Position numbers and translations under genes: made by a program. A stretch of 64,000 nt of DNA from Rhina ancylostomus (Eukaryota), in contig JARFYF010000029.1 in the NCBI GenBank assembly GCA_030265395.1, forward strand, positions 25,971,432 through 26,035,431, given 5' to 3'. Below, piece after piece: positions 52,200 to 64,000 of the stretch. The notes under the pieces are model-generated. The model was not told where the DNA came from and did not search any database. It worked only from the letters and a program-made list of their open reading frames with translations. The stretch's first letter is position 1; each line of letters begins with the position of its first letter.

Positions 52200-52450
52200 G
52201 GACTGCAGATGCTGGAAATCTGAAAAAGAAGCAGAAAATGCCTAAACATTCAGCAAATCAGGCAGCATCTATAGAAAAAGAAATACATAATGCTTCTCAT
52301 NNNNNNNNNNNNNNNNNNNNNNNNNNNNNNNNNNNNNNNNNNNNNNNNNNNNNNNNNNNNNNNNNNNNNNNNNNNNNNNNNNNNNNNNNNNNNNNNNNNN
52401 TATAGAAAAAGAAATATATAATGCTTCTCATCAAAGACCCTTCATCATCA
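52200..52450 (-). mobile_element. Penelope-like terminal-repeat fragment split by a 100-N gap
   Basis: ACTGCAGATGCTGGAAATCTG...TCAGCAAATCAGGCAGCATCTAT...AGACCCTTCATCA is homologous to the arms of 14895-15145. Confidence 0.75.
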
Positions 52451-52844
52451 ATAATCAACTCTGCTGTAAGAAATTTTGTTGCAATTTTATACATTTGAGA
52501 TTTTTGAGACAGTTGAGTAGCATTTTATGTTTTCATGTTGACTTTAAATAATCCCTGTTCATATATTGAAAAAGCAGCTTCATACATTTAGTCAATTATA
52601 TTTTGTGAAGTTATTGTAATTTTTGATCTCTTACTTATGGAGAAGTGAATGGATTCAATGCATGCTTTAAGAATTCAGCCAGCCTACTTGGTATTGGTCT
52701 GTAGGGAGAGCTGCATCAAAAACATTGATAAAACATCACTGGACCACTGTTGCAACTGAGGGAGAGGGAGTTGTGGTGGGACATGCTATAATATTTCCAT
52801 TGTATTTTTTTACCTTATGTTTAGGTGGGAAGGAAAAGCTCAAT

Positions 52845-53410
52845 GATGAATCAGGTGCAACCTAAGACACTGTCCTGAGAAACTCCTGCAGTGGTGTGAA
52901 CAAGCTGAAGTATCTGGCCTCCACAAGTATGACTCTACCAAGTGCTTGTGAAGAAACAGGGAAGAACCCTGGTTACCATTGATTTGGTAAGCTTCTTGAG
53001 AAGAACTGATGAGGAGCCTGCAGTGAATCATTCACAACTCTTCTGGCTGAAGCTGATTTCAAAGCCTTCAGTATTGTCTTTGGCTCTTGCGTTCTGGACT
53101 CATTCATTATTGAGAATGTGGATGCTCATGCAGGCTCTTCGCCTCATTACTTGTTTAATTGTATACTACCTTTCACAACTGCATATGGCTGAACTTTGAT
53201 CTGATCGGTATGCTGTGGTATCCCTGCCCATAGAATATTCCTTAGGCTATTTATTATGTATGCAGTTCCGTGTTATAGCTTTACCAGATTTTCACCAGTT
53301 TGTATGTGAGTTTGATGCTGTTTCTGCCATGGTCTCTACACATCTCATTAAACCAGAGTTGGTTCTATAATTTGATGTTAATGGTAGAATGAGGGAGTTG
53401 TAGGACCATA
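52845..53410 (-). mobile_element. Decayed CR1/L2-group LINE ORF2 fragments
   Basis: The minus strand at about 52855-52890 reads GVSQDSVLG, corresponding to the RT motif GVPQGSVLGP. About 53340-53365 reads Q.WFNE, corresponding to the linker PWFN. Confidence 0.65.
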
Positions 53411-55809
53411 GATTTATATTTGTACTAAGCTATAACAAATGCATTCTGAATTATTTATACCTTTGTCTCCTGTCTCTTTAAATAGAGGAGAGCATACCTT
53501 ACTGTCATTATATTGCTATTTCATCATCTGTTAGTATTTAGGAAGGAAGCTTTCTGATCATGGTAATCAGGTAAAGAGCCAGGAAGCCACTTCATTTCAG
53601 CATCACTTTGTGCATTCAATGAATATTTTAGCACTGTATAGAATGGTCAAGATGCATCTTTGTTATGTGTGGCCATCCTGCCATTGCACTGATTCTTATA
53701 CGACTCAACCATTAGTAAGTTGATCAAAAATTATTCTGGTAGCAAAGCTATCTGATAATGATTATGTCACTGAGCATGCTTAAATGTTTTTTTAGACTTT
53801 TCCACTTCAGCATCAGTAAATAGGTCAGCTATCAGACTAATATATTTATCAGATGAAAGACACAGATAGAAATATAGATCTATGTTATTTGACTAAAGAA
53901 TAGCTTGGGATATGAAAGTTGCTTCAATAATATATTAAATCTACACTGTTAATGAGGTGTTCATTTGTACAGTTTGATGTGAATTATTTCTGTACACAGT
54001 GATATCCTATTGTCATCTGAGACCTAAGGGAAACAAAGTGAACAATATATATTGCTGAATTCCATCGTTCCAACAGTTGTGCACTGCACATTTCAGCAAA
54101 GCGCCAAATGTAAACGACCTTCATCCATCCTGCCCATGACTGTACCACTTAATAATAGCACAGTACATCAGAATGACAAGTCACAAATTGTTATGTATGA
54201 CTGTCAAAGCAGTTTTAAGAAGAAAACTCCTGTTTTCTTCCAATTGTTTGAAGGGTGGGGGAATTGTGGCTCTAATGCTGAGGTCCCAGGCGAGAACTTC
54301 AAGACATGACAGGTATGCATTTTTAGCTACGTGCACTGCCATAATAAAAACTAAATACACAACTCTTACTTTCTGCTCCTGACAGATGCATTGGGATTCT
54401 TCCATACCACTTTTAGTTGTCTGGAGAGCTAACCAATAAGCAATCAAAGTTCTCAGTGCAAAGCACGGCAGAATGAAAACATTCGACTTCTGCGATATCC
54501 TGGCGGGGCCTGAGTGTATAATTAACTAACACTGGAACCAAGGGCACTTAATCTTTCCCCTAATGGCAATTCTATCCCATCACAGCCTCCCTCTGGGGGG
54601 CAAAGTGTGGCTTTTTTTTATCGTCACCTGGGTCCCCAATTGTCACTGCTCATTCTTTTTTATCAGCTGTAGATACCTTTACATAGATTCTGGCATTATT
54701 CCATTCATCATTGCCTGGCTTCTGTAAGATTCTAAGGGCTAACCTGAGGTGGCTAAGAAAGCACTATTTATCATCTTGCAAAGTCTGAAATAGAAGCTTC
54801 CGAAATGGACCCAGTTGTGAAGCGATTGGTTTATGCTGGTGAGCATATCGTATCATTGCATTTGTTCTCTCTTGGAAACTTCACATGAGCAAAACAGCAA
54901 TAACATTAAAAATACATACCCAAAAAGCTCATCCATTCAATTTAAATCCCAAATAAATTCTTTTCAGGATTCCTATTCTGAATTGCCAAATAGTAAAATT
55001 GCCCTCACATAAAAGTATCTCAAAAATGATTGACCTCAAGGCAATTCGATTTCAGTTGGACTGACCATGAATGTCCTCTGTGTACTCATCTGCTATATAT
55101 TTTTATTATCTCATCAAAGCTTGCATCAAACTCTGTTGGAGAATCAGTAACAAAGATTAATGAGCACTGTTAGCAACCAGCCTTCTTCAGTTTCAGTACT
55201 TGAAATCAGGTGAATGCTGATGTTACTGGAATGATAAAACCAGGCGTAATAGATTTATATACAATATGATGATATTATACATTACAAGTTTAAAAGGGCT
55301 GATTCAATCAAAAACTCGTAACACATGAAATGTTGATGCTTTATTAGGTCGCACTATTATTTCAATGTGCTTAATTCAAAGGGTTGATAAAGGAAGTATG
55401 AACAGTAGCACTGCTTCCAAATCATTGACAAGCCACATGCATAGCTTATAGTCAATAACTAGGAATGAGCTGCACACAGACTTCATGCCAAGTAATAACA
55501 GATGGTCCAATAGGTTGCAAGAACACAGACCTTTTACTTCTAGGGCCATCTCTAATTCATTCCTGACTCTTGTGTTGCATTCAGTTGACTGTAACAGTCT
55601 TAACTGAATTGCCTTCCTACAGTCATATGCTATTTCTCATTTGTCCAAACACAGTGCAAAACAACTCAATTTGACATAAATTGATACCAAATTGGAGGTC
55701 TCATTCAGCTGTCTAGAAGGTCAACTGCTGTGGAAATGGGAATAAAGATCTGCTGGGCTGAAGGTTTCAGTTGAAGATTGGCCTTCAGTTTAGAAAATAA
55801 CTTTTAGGA

Positions 55810-56095
55810 TATTTATTTATTAGTCACGTGTACATCGAAACACACAGTGAAATGTGTCTCTTTGCGTTACTGAGAAGGTGCTGGGGGCAGCCCACAAGTA
55901 TCGCCACTCTGCCAGTGCCAACATAGCATGCCCACAGCTCCTAACCTGTATGTCTTTTAGAATGTGGGAGGAAACTGGAGTACCCGAAGGAAACCCACAC
56001 GGACACAGGGAGAACATACAAACAGACAGCGGCCAGAATTGAAACTGGGTCACTGGTGGTGTAATAGCTTTATACTAAGCACTATACTACAGTGG
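55810..56095 (-). mobile_element. tRNA-derived SINE, full length (same family as 1030-1121)
   Basis: Minus strand has a tRNA-like head, the core GTGGGTTTCC..CGGGT.CTCC.GTTTCCTCCCACATTC.AAAGAC, and a 3' end ..GATGTACACGTGACTAATAAATAAA. Confidence 0.9.
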
Positions 56096-56104
56096 TGCTG
56101 GCCC

Positions 56105-56475
56105 AGCAGTTGCATTCTTGGATAAGTAATTTAGAGACCTGGGCTAACAATCCAGAGACCTTAATTCAAATCCCACCACAATAGTCATTGAATTTGAATT
56201 CAGTTAATAATCTGGAATTTAAATTAAGAACACTAGTCATTATTAATGATAACCACAAAGCTCTCAGTTTTTGGTAAAATCCCATCTGGTTCACTGATCT
56301 CTTCTGGAGGAAATCTGCTGCCTTTACCTGTTCTGGCCTATACGTAAATTCAGACCCACCACTAGAGTTCACTCTTAAATGCACCCTGAAATTGTCTAGC
56401 TAACAATTTAGTGAGGGCAGTTAAGGATGGGCAACTAACATTGGTCTTGCCAATAATGTGCCGATCCTGAAAAAT
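56105..56475 (+). mobile_element. Old chondrichthyan SINE with LINE-related 3' tail
   Basis: TTCAAATCCCACCAC B-box-like segment, CCCATCTGGTTCACT..GGAAATCTGC, and tail GGATGGGCAA..TGGTCTTGCCA. A second copy lies at 48170. Confidence 0.8.
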
Positions 56476-57552
56476 CAGTGTGAAGTAAGAACCTGTCCTT
56501 GACACAGGGATGACACTACCTTGGCTTCATGAAAACAAAAAGAACTTAAAAAAAATAAATTTCAATGAAAGGAAATATAAGTATGAAAATGATGCGTTTC
56601 TCAGAACACATAGAATCTAATTTACCACATGGAATCCCAAAGAGAACTCAGAATGTTTTACGAAGCAAAGCAGTGATTTTTTTAGAGAGACTAATAGGGA
56701 GGAAGAGGATGCCTAAATTTAATACTGAGTGAGATGCAATCACTTTTTATCTGGAGATACATTTTGTCTCTTCACGTTATCATACAGAACCAATGTGTAC
56801 AAACCATTGATTGCAAATACACTACAATGATGATGCCCTTGTACTCCAGTTAGCATAACAACTAACCTGCAGTAACCTTCAGTCATCAGCAAACCGTAAC
56901 TCTATGTTTCCTATTTGCTGAATTGGAATACTAGTCTCCTAAGGGTAAAGGTGACAGTTTAAGTATTGTTTCCCTGCTTTTAGGGCTTACATGAGACACT
57001 AATGGATTACAGCAATTAATTAACTGCAATCATTTCTGGAGTTAGTCCAATGTTGTTATAATTATTCTGTATTTATAATTATTTTGTAAAAATGTACAAC
57101 ATTAAATGCATTGTCAAGGCATACATTTTAAATAATGTCTGCTTTGGACGAGATGCCTAATCTACTGCTTTTTACAATACACATCATTAGAAGCATTGGC
57201 AGTGGATAAACTACTTAGTCCTCTACGGCAGGAAATCTCATTCCAGTTTGAGTTGGCATATTCAAAGTGAGGAAAAATTATTTTCTTTGTTCACATTTCA
57301 AAAATAGCAATGCAATGAACTAATCTCAAGGAACAAATTCAATGGATTTGCTAGCTTCTGCAGCATTGGTTAGAGATATTTTTTGTTGACAAGGACTCAA
57401 GTCAATGATGCAACCAGTTCTAAAAGTTAAAGTTTTGTTCTCTGTGTGTCAAATTTATTTTTGTAAATTACTTTGAAATTCACTATAAGGCTCTATAGTT
57501 CTGTTTAAAAGAAAAGCTCAGCTTTTCATGTGAAACAAAACAAAGCAAAGCA

Positions 57553-57750
57553 ATGAAAATCTGAAATAAAACCAGGAAGTGCTGGAAATACAGAACAGGA
57601 CAAGCAGAGAGAATGGACTTAATATTTCAGCTTGATGACCTTCCATGATCTTTCTGATGATCCATGCTTTCCTTTCCACAGATGCTGCCTAACCTGCTGA
57701 GTATTTCCGGGAGTTTCTGTATTTCCGGGAGTTTCTGTATTTTCTGCTTT
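57553..57750. mobile_element. Decayed palindromic Penelope-like terminal-repeat element
   Basis: AAATCTGAAATAAAA..GTGCTGGAAATAC and TCCACAGATGCTGCCT.ACCTGCTGAGTATTTCC form the arms. CTGATGA is retained at 57654-57660. There is an internal 18-bp tandem duplication. Confidence 0.75.
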
Positions 57751-58544
57751 TTATATTAATATATTGCCTAAACTAGGCAAAAGGCAAAACAATGCTTTCC
57801 CCTAGAAACAGTCAATGCAATTTTTAAAGGAACAGCAGACATTGGAGAAGGTTTTTTATTAATATTTGGACCCATATCCTGAAAATATTGCCGAAATATG
57901 CACTTTTGCAATAGTCAGAGACTTGATGCTTATGAATTTTCCAGTATTTGCAGCACTTGGCTGAGCCATTGTCTTTGGGTATGGATCCAGGAAAATCTTT
58001 ATTGCCTCAGAAGTGCTGGTTGGCTTGGAATAGTCATCTATGTCAAACTTATATGCTGAATCAATTTAAGAAGTAAACATGGTAGGTTTCCCTTAATTCG
58101 ATAACCTAGACAATTCATGTGAGAATATATGCCTATTTTATTTTCTTCATTTGAAATGTTCCTAAACTCAGTTTGGCTATTGAACCCACATTAGTACTAG
58201 GTCTGAACTATTTCACTTTGTAAATCTCCATCGTGTAAGTGCAAGATCACAGCTGCTATTAGTTATATTTTTATTACTTTTGATTGGCCAAGTTTTGAGG
58301 ACACAAAGAATAAAGCCAAAATCCAAGGTTGGGTTGCATCATATAATATATTAAAAGAGGAGTCAATGAAGAGATGCTGGTTAATGACAACTTGCATTTA
58401 TATTAAAAGAGGAGTTAATGAAGAGATGCTGGATATATAGTGACACATTTATATAGTGTCCTTTAGGTAAATCAGTGGGGGAGGGGAAAGAAACTGAGTA
58501 ATGGGGCACGGGGGGGGGGGGAGGCATTTAGAAAGAAGATGTCA

Positions 58545-58935
58545 CCCAGTTTATTTCAGCCTCCCTTCTTTCCAATCCCACTCCCCAACACCACCGGCAC
58601 GCTGTTATCCAGTTTCATTCCCCTCCCCTGCCTGGTTCCATCTGCCCATCATCCCTCCCTTACCCAATTCCACATCACCTTTCTCATTTATCAGATTCAA
58701 GAATCTGCAGCCCTCTGTTGTCTCCATTTATTGCCTTCCAACCTCTGACTCTATCTCCACTCTTCCCTCCCCGTACCTGACTCCATCACCATCTAGTTCC
58801 ACCTATTGCCTGCCAGCTCTTCCTCCCCTCTCCCTTCTCCCCTCTACACTCGACCCAAAGCTTCAGCTATCCCTTCATCTCCACAGATGTTGTTTGACCC
58901 TCTGAGTTCCTCAAGCCGTTCTTTATTTGCTCAGG
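58545..58935 (+). mobile_element. Penelope-like element 3' region (pyrimidine-rich UTR plus terminal repeat)
   Basis: C/T-rich tract ending in CTCGACCCAAA...CTCCACAGATGTTGTTTGACCCTCTGAGTTCCTC, homologous to 15025-15090. Confidence 0.7.
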
Positions 58936-58939
58936 AGTC

Positions 58940-59400
58940 ACTATTGCCCACAAAACCATGAATTTTGAGGTCTTCGTCTTCAAGTATGTTTTTCATCAGT
59001 CAGCCAAAGGCCGTGCTGGTGCCGTGAAGATGAAGATGAATTTCATTATCAATATCTGTCCTGATGGTGCTGAGAAGTGCTCCTGAGATATAGGAAATGG
59101 TCCGACTTTTCAGGGACACATTGTGAACTTTTATTGTTTGGGGGAAGTATTGTAGAGTGGGACAGGTTGGTAGAATACCTTTGTTTTGTAGATATTGTGT
59201 GTAAGGCTCCTCCTCTCAAAGGCTTCAGTGAATGAGTTGATGACAGTTTGGAGCTTGGCCTCTGAAGTTGCACAGAAGCAATTGCCATCTGCATACTGGT
59301 ACTCAGCTGCTGATTATGGGCTGGCCATTGTTCTGGACTGGAGGTGACATGAGTGGAATTGTTTCCCATTATATTATTGACTCTTTACTGTCCCTGAAAT
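58940..59400 (-). mobile_element. Decayed RTE-clade LINE, RT domain
   Basis: Minus strand reads EYQYADGNCFCATSEAKLQTVINSFTEAFERRSLTHNIYKTKVFYQP (YADD region), then LLSTIRTDIDNEIHLHLHGTSTAFG*LMK. Confidence 0.88.
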
Positions 59401-60789
59401 GGACCGACCAGCCAGTCAATTGTAACAAAGTCTGCAATGTTAAGATTGTGTAGATCACCCAGGGCTTGTGCAATGTGCATTTGGTCTCAGTGTGGGAAAT
59501 ATCTCAGGTGGGTACTTAGACAAAAGCAGAAAAATTGAGAACACATATTGTGTTGGTCAGCAAGGAAGGGAATGTGAGGGGGAGGTTGTGAAATAAGCTG
59601 TTGTTTCTGCTGAAAGAATTGGTGCTACAGCGTTTCTTTGTCTATCCTCTACTCAGATGCTAAGGTCTCCCATCATTCTCTGTCCTTGATTCATGCTTAA
59701 TATTTCAGGGGCGCTGGAATAATTCGATGACAGTGTGGGGCTGAAAGGCCATTACTGGACATGCTAGAGCTGTTTCTCACTGCTGGGTAACAGAAGAGGC
59801 CAACACAAGGAGACAGGTCCATGGAGAGGGGACTGGGAAAGGCAAGATTATCATAGTCCGTGAGAGTGTGACGTGTGTTTAATTGTGGAATAGAGATATA
59901 TTAGATATGCACATCAAAAATAATGAGGCAAACTAAAACAGAGGATATCTCAGTATATTCTGGAAATCACTGTCTTTGAAATAATAATGAATTTATGTGC
60001 TAACTATGCAGAGCCTAATATGTGATGTCTTTTCAGTTCTGCATTTAAAATGCATCCCACACAAAAGGAAAGCCATGAACTTCAATGGTCCTTCCTTCTT
60101 ACTCAACATCCAAACAGTGAACATTCAATTTATATTTAAAGCAGTGCACCAGTTTAGGATTTCTTTCATTGAATTGTAACAGTAGTGTTAACTTTAAACC
60201 ATGACATTTTAGGTATCAGCTTGTTAAATCTCTATTTAGAGATATTTGCCAGCTATCTTTGGAAGACTACAAGGGCAAACTGTTTAAAAAGCAAGTATTA
60301 TCCACAAATGTTATCCACAGAACATGTGTCATTTTTTGTTTAAAGATTTGTGGCTCCTGGGAGTGTGAAAATGAAACAATTGAAATAACTATTAACGTTT
60401 ATATTGTGCTGCCAAGCACTCTGCGCAGAACAGAAGAAAGCAATGTGCTATCATTATTAGAGGGATGGGAGCTATTATGGTCTCACTGAGGTGTTCAGAT
60501 GGTGTTGTATACAGAAGAAAATGTCTTGCAGTTTATTGTTTCTGAGCCCTGAGGCCATTTTATTTTTAAAGGAATCTTTTCTGAAGCAGAAACTTGACAA
60601 ACCCTCTAACTCAATAGCCCAATAAAGTGAACCAATTTTTAAAAGTCCTGTTTGAAAATTAATCAGAAAGAAAGAAAATGTTATATTAATATTCCTGTTT
60701 GTTTGTTTCAAATTATGTCACATCTAATTAGGTATTTGTTCCGCTGGTTGCTAAGAATTGTTGAACTGCATGCACCAATCTCCCATGAA

Positions 60790-61105
60790 ACAATGTGATA
60801 ATGTCCATTTTGACCTTTCTTAATACTATTGACTAGAGGTTTAAAGATTAACCAGGGCACCATGGATACTCCCCTGTGCTTCTTCAGAAAAGTGCTATGG
60901 AGTCATTTACATCCATCTGAGAGAACTGATCAGACCTTGGTTTAATGTCTGATCCAAAATGCAGCCCTTCCAACATTGCAACATTACCTCAGCACTGCAC
61001 TTATAAACTAGCCCAAACTGTTGTGCTCGAACTTCTGGTGTGTAACTTAAATTCAGAAACATTTGATTCAGAGGTAAGTCTGCTACCAATTACATCACAG
61101 TGGCA
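60790..61105 (-). mobile_element. Deu-domain SINE (SacSINE1/AmnSINE1-like)
   Basis: CCAGGGCACC..GATACTCCCCTG..CTTCTTC..AAGTGCTATGG..TTTACATCCATCTGAGAG..CCTTGGTTTAATGTCTGATCC..CCTCAGCACTGCAC matches the recalled reverse complement of the Deu domain. A tRNA-like head lies at about 61040-61100. Confidence 0.8.
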
Positions 61106-62507
61106 GACAATTGTTGGTCCAACTTTGCCTCAATTTCTCAAACACTCTGTTTGACCCTAAACCATATTTTTATCTTCTCCAAGTAAATTCATACACTACT
61201 TCAGATTGAATTTCTGATGTATAATTCTTATTCACCATTTGTGTCTTGATAACATGGCTTCCAGAGATACTAAAACCTAGACATTAAAATAACAATTAAA
61301 TGTCATAAAATAATATAGATTATTTCTCTTACGTTGGGGTCCTAGAATCACTTGTTGGATCAGTTGCAGCATGACAGGAGTATCATATGTAACTGTAGAA
61401 TGGCCACTGGAGCCGATCCCAGAAAGCTATTAGTTTGCATTAACTAAATCAATACTTTCATTGGATTATCATTTTTCATTAGTCCTTATAGGATTCGATG
61501 GTGAGGTTCTACTCTTTATATGCATATATACACACATTGGAACAGAACTTTCTGCTAAAATAATAATGTTTAATACAAGCACTGTTTATAGTTTTTAAAA
61601 TATCTGGCGAATTCGGGTGAGGAAGAAAAACTTATGAGCTGCAAACCTTCATAAATTACTGAATGATTTGCACTGCTCACTGCTCAGAAAAACTGAATCT
61701 TACTGTCAACCACACCACGATCCAAGGGATTGCAGGATTCAAGCTTTATGAATGAATTAAACCCGATGCAAGGAGTTAGGACTACTGACTCTCAACAAAG
61801 GGAACTTTTTACTGACTGGATTTATATTCCTTCAATAATGCTCAACCTTGGGGACCTGGAAAATGAATAATTGTGACCAAATAAATCACACTTCTGCAGG
61901 TGGCAAATTGTCCCTAAAGCTTTTGAATATTTAAAATAAATTGTTGTTTTTCCTTTATGTCTCTTCCTTCTCTCTGTTTTAATCCATTCTATATTTAATT
62001 CTTCTAATTTTTGTATCAGCACCAGTTGAGATTAATTCACTCTTCTCTATCCTTAAGTTTAAGTGGTTAAGAAAACAGATTGTTAATTCCAAATGTCCTG
62101 TTGACCTTGCAGTTTTCACCTTGTACTTTCTGCAATTTGCAATGCAAAATTAATTGGTTTTGAAAAGTAAAAAAACACTCAAAATGTTACATGCTAGATT
62201 CCCCAGTTCTGCAAATTCTGGCCTAATATACATGATGTTACCTATTTGGATATAAATGCACATAATTTAAAGGTATAGAGATGTAGACAAGGATGGTGGT
62301 AGAGAAAGATATGGATGCAGATAGAGAGACGGGACATGGATAGATAATTATAAAGTTTTACGTGAGGATGATATGGTTGCCAATGTCATGGTTGCCGATA
62401 TGTAAAGTGTATGGTTTTTGCCATAAGATCATTGGAGATTAAACTACAGTAAATCATTGGCAAAATTGTTTCATATTCAACACTAATTAGTCATTGAAAT
62501 AGTAATT

Positions 62508-62587
62508 TAACTCAGCCTGCACATATTGTTAAAATGTAACATAAATAACTCAGCCTGCACATATTGTTAAAATGTAGCATAGATAAC
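62508..62587. repeat. 38-bp tandem duplication
   Basis: TAACTCAGCCTGCACATATTGTTAAAATGTA(A/G)CATA(A/G)A, two copies with 2 mismatches. Confidence 0.95.
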
Positions 62588-64000
62588 CAGATTTATGATT
62601 TTAATATTATTGACAAAGCTACTGAATGCAGTATCTGTCATCTGATTTCCTAATTTACTGCTTGGAACAAGATAAATCTTTGACTCAGAAGTCAGCTGCC
62701 ATTATTCAAACCTGATCCTACAAAGACACACTCAAAAAAATTCAAATAGATGTGGTGCAAGATGGCACTCCTCTGATATGTTGTGTTATGATGTACCCCA
62801 CTCCATTCAGTCATTTTTAATATGTTTTTTAAAAATATCAAGGGCATTTGAATTAGTGGGCATTGAAAGTTGAGGTAAATGAAATAACATTGCTAACAAT
62901 AATAACATTGCTAAGATAAGTAGAGTTGTGGCAAAGACATCTGGAATTCTGCATATTACACTTCAGCACTGGCTAATGTCATCAAGCAAGCAGAAATCCA
63001 TAGGCTTATAACTCTCCATGGGACATGTTTTCCTGATTTTAATAATTCAATTGTTGAAAAGTAAGTTTGCCAGTCCAGGCTTTCAGTTTAACACAAACAA
63101 TAACTTAGTTTGAAAAAGGTGAACCTTAATGTTGCTGAATCAAAGCACCATTAAATAAAACAATGTAAAATTATGAATTATGGCATTAAGAATGAATACA
63201 ACAAATAGATTTATTATATCTAAGTTGACATAACATTTTATGTCTTACACTTACAGTTCAAAGATTGAGATGAAACGAAAAAGCTCCAGCAGGAGTTATC
63301 TTCCCTGCTGACTGTAGAAGAGTTCAGCTCTCGAACTCCAATAAGTTGTTTCTTTTATTCTGTGTGTAGAGTAACTGGAGGGTTTAAGATGACTTTTTCT
63401 TATTTATTGCTGAGATAAAGGATATATCATTGAACATACCACGACTGCACATTAAGCTCAGAACAGCAGCAGACAGCAAGGACAATCTATTTTAGTCTTT
63501 GGAAAATCTGGGAGTGGTGATTTTAAATCCAGCTGCTTGCCATGCTTCAAACTTGAATTTAGGATTTCTGATGGGATGTACAGTGGCACAGTGGTGCAAT
63601 CTTCTGAGTTGTCAATGATATCTATTTTATGTACTGGCACAATTATCCACATTTCCTGCAACTATCTCTTATCAGAGTTGGCAGTTTCTTGTTTTACTGC
63701 AGACCAGGCTTAATCTGATGACACCATGCAGTGATAACAGAGCTCTGTACACTCTTCAATGCCTAAGGCTTTCCTCACCCAGCAGCTAATTTTTTTTAAA
63801 GTTATGACAGAATGGGCTTGAGCATTTGATCTCTTCTAAGATTTCACACAAAATTTTAAATGTTACCAGGTGCTCCAGTAGGCTGCCTCAGCATTCCGAG
63901 TTAGGCCTTGCACATTATTGGAGTTGTATGGCAGCTGGTGCAAATTTTAATGATTGAAGCATTGTCATGATAAAAGTCTCATGCTATTTAATTTTAAGGC

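Noticed and set aside
57701-57742. 18-bp tandem repeat, and other short duplications (30609-30658, 62883-62914), as CRISPR-like arrays
   Set aside because: Only two copies each, with no spacers, in a vertebrate context. These are ordinary slippage duplications.
58501-58905. 134-aa Pro/Ser-rich ORF
   Set aside because: Low-complexity pyrimidine-rich UTR of a Penelope-like repeat.

Overview
AT-rich, gapped eukaryotic genomic DNA. I found no recognisable protein-coding gene, rRNA, tRNA gene or CRISPR array. The repeat content points to a cartilaginous fish, probably a ray/batoid; this is inferred from recalled repeat-family resemblance, not from a database search. The repeats are CR1 and RTE LINE fossils, tRNA-derived V/HE1-type SINEs, a Deu-domain SINE and palindromic Penelope-type terminal-repeat elements. 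Nearly all ORF-track entries are gap read-throughs, antisense frames of repeats, or decayed LINE ORF2. Between the repeats are many repeat-free blocks dense in homeodomain, POU, Pbx/Meis, Sox, TCF and E-box motifs, plus two co-oriented CTCF motifs. This pattern resembles a gene desert or giant intron of a developmental-gene regulatory block. The most notable observations are: (1) a TSD-flanked palindromic Penelope-like insertion carrying two oppositely oriented, degenerate minimal hammerhead-ribozyme motifs (14895-15145), with four more decayed relatives; (2) nested dyad symmetry at 34.9-35.4 kb, where a 15-bp inverted repeat and a perfect 17-bp hairpin share one centre; (3) an unexplained 33-bp dispersed repeat at 20514 and 21902; (4) a few candidate exons of an unidentified, possibly non-coding, transcript. 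Several N-gaps have duplicated flanks and look like assembly artefacts.
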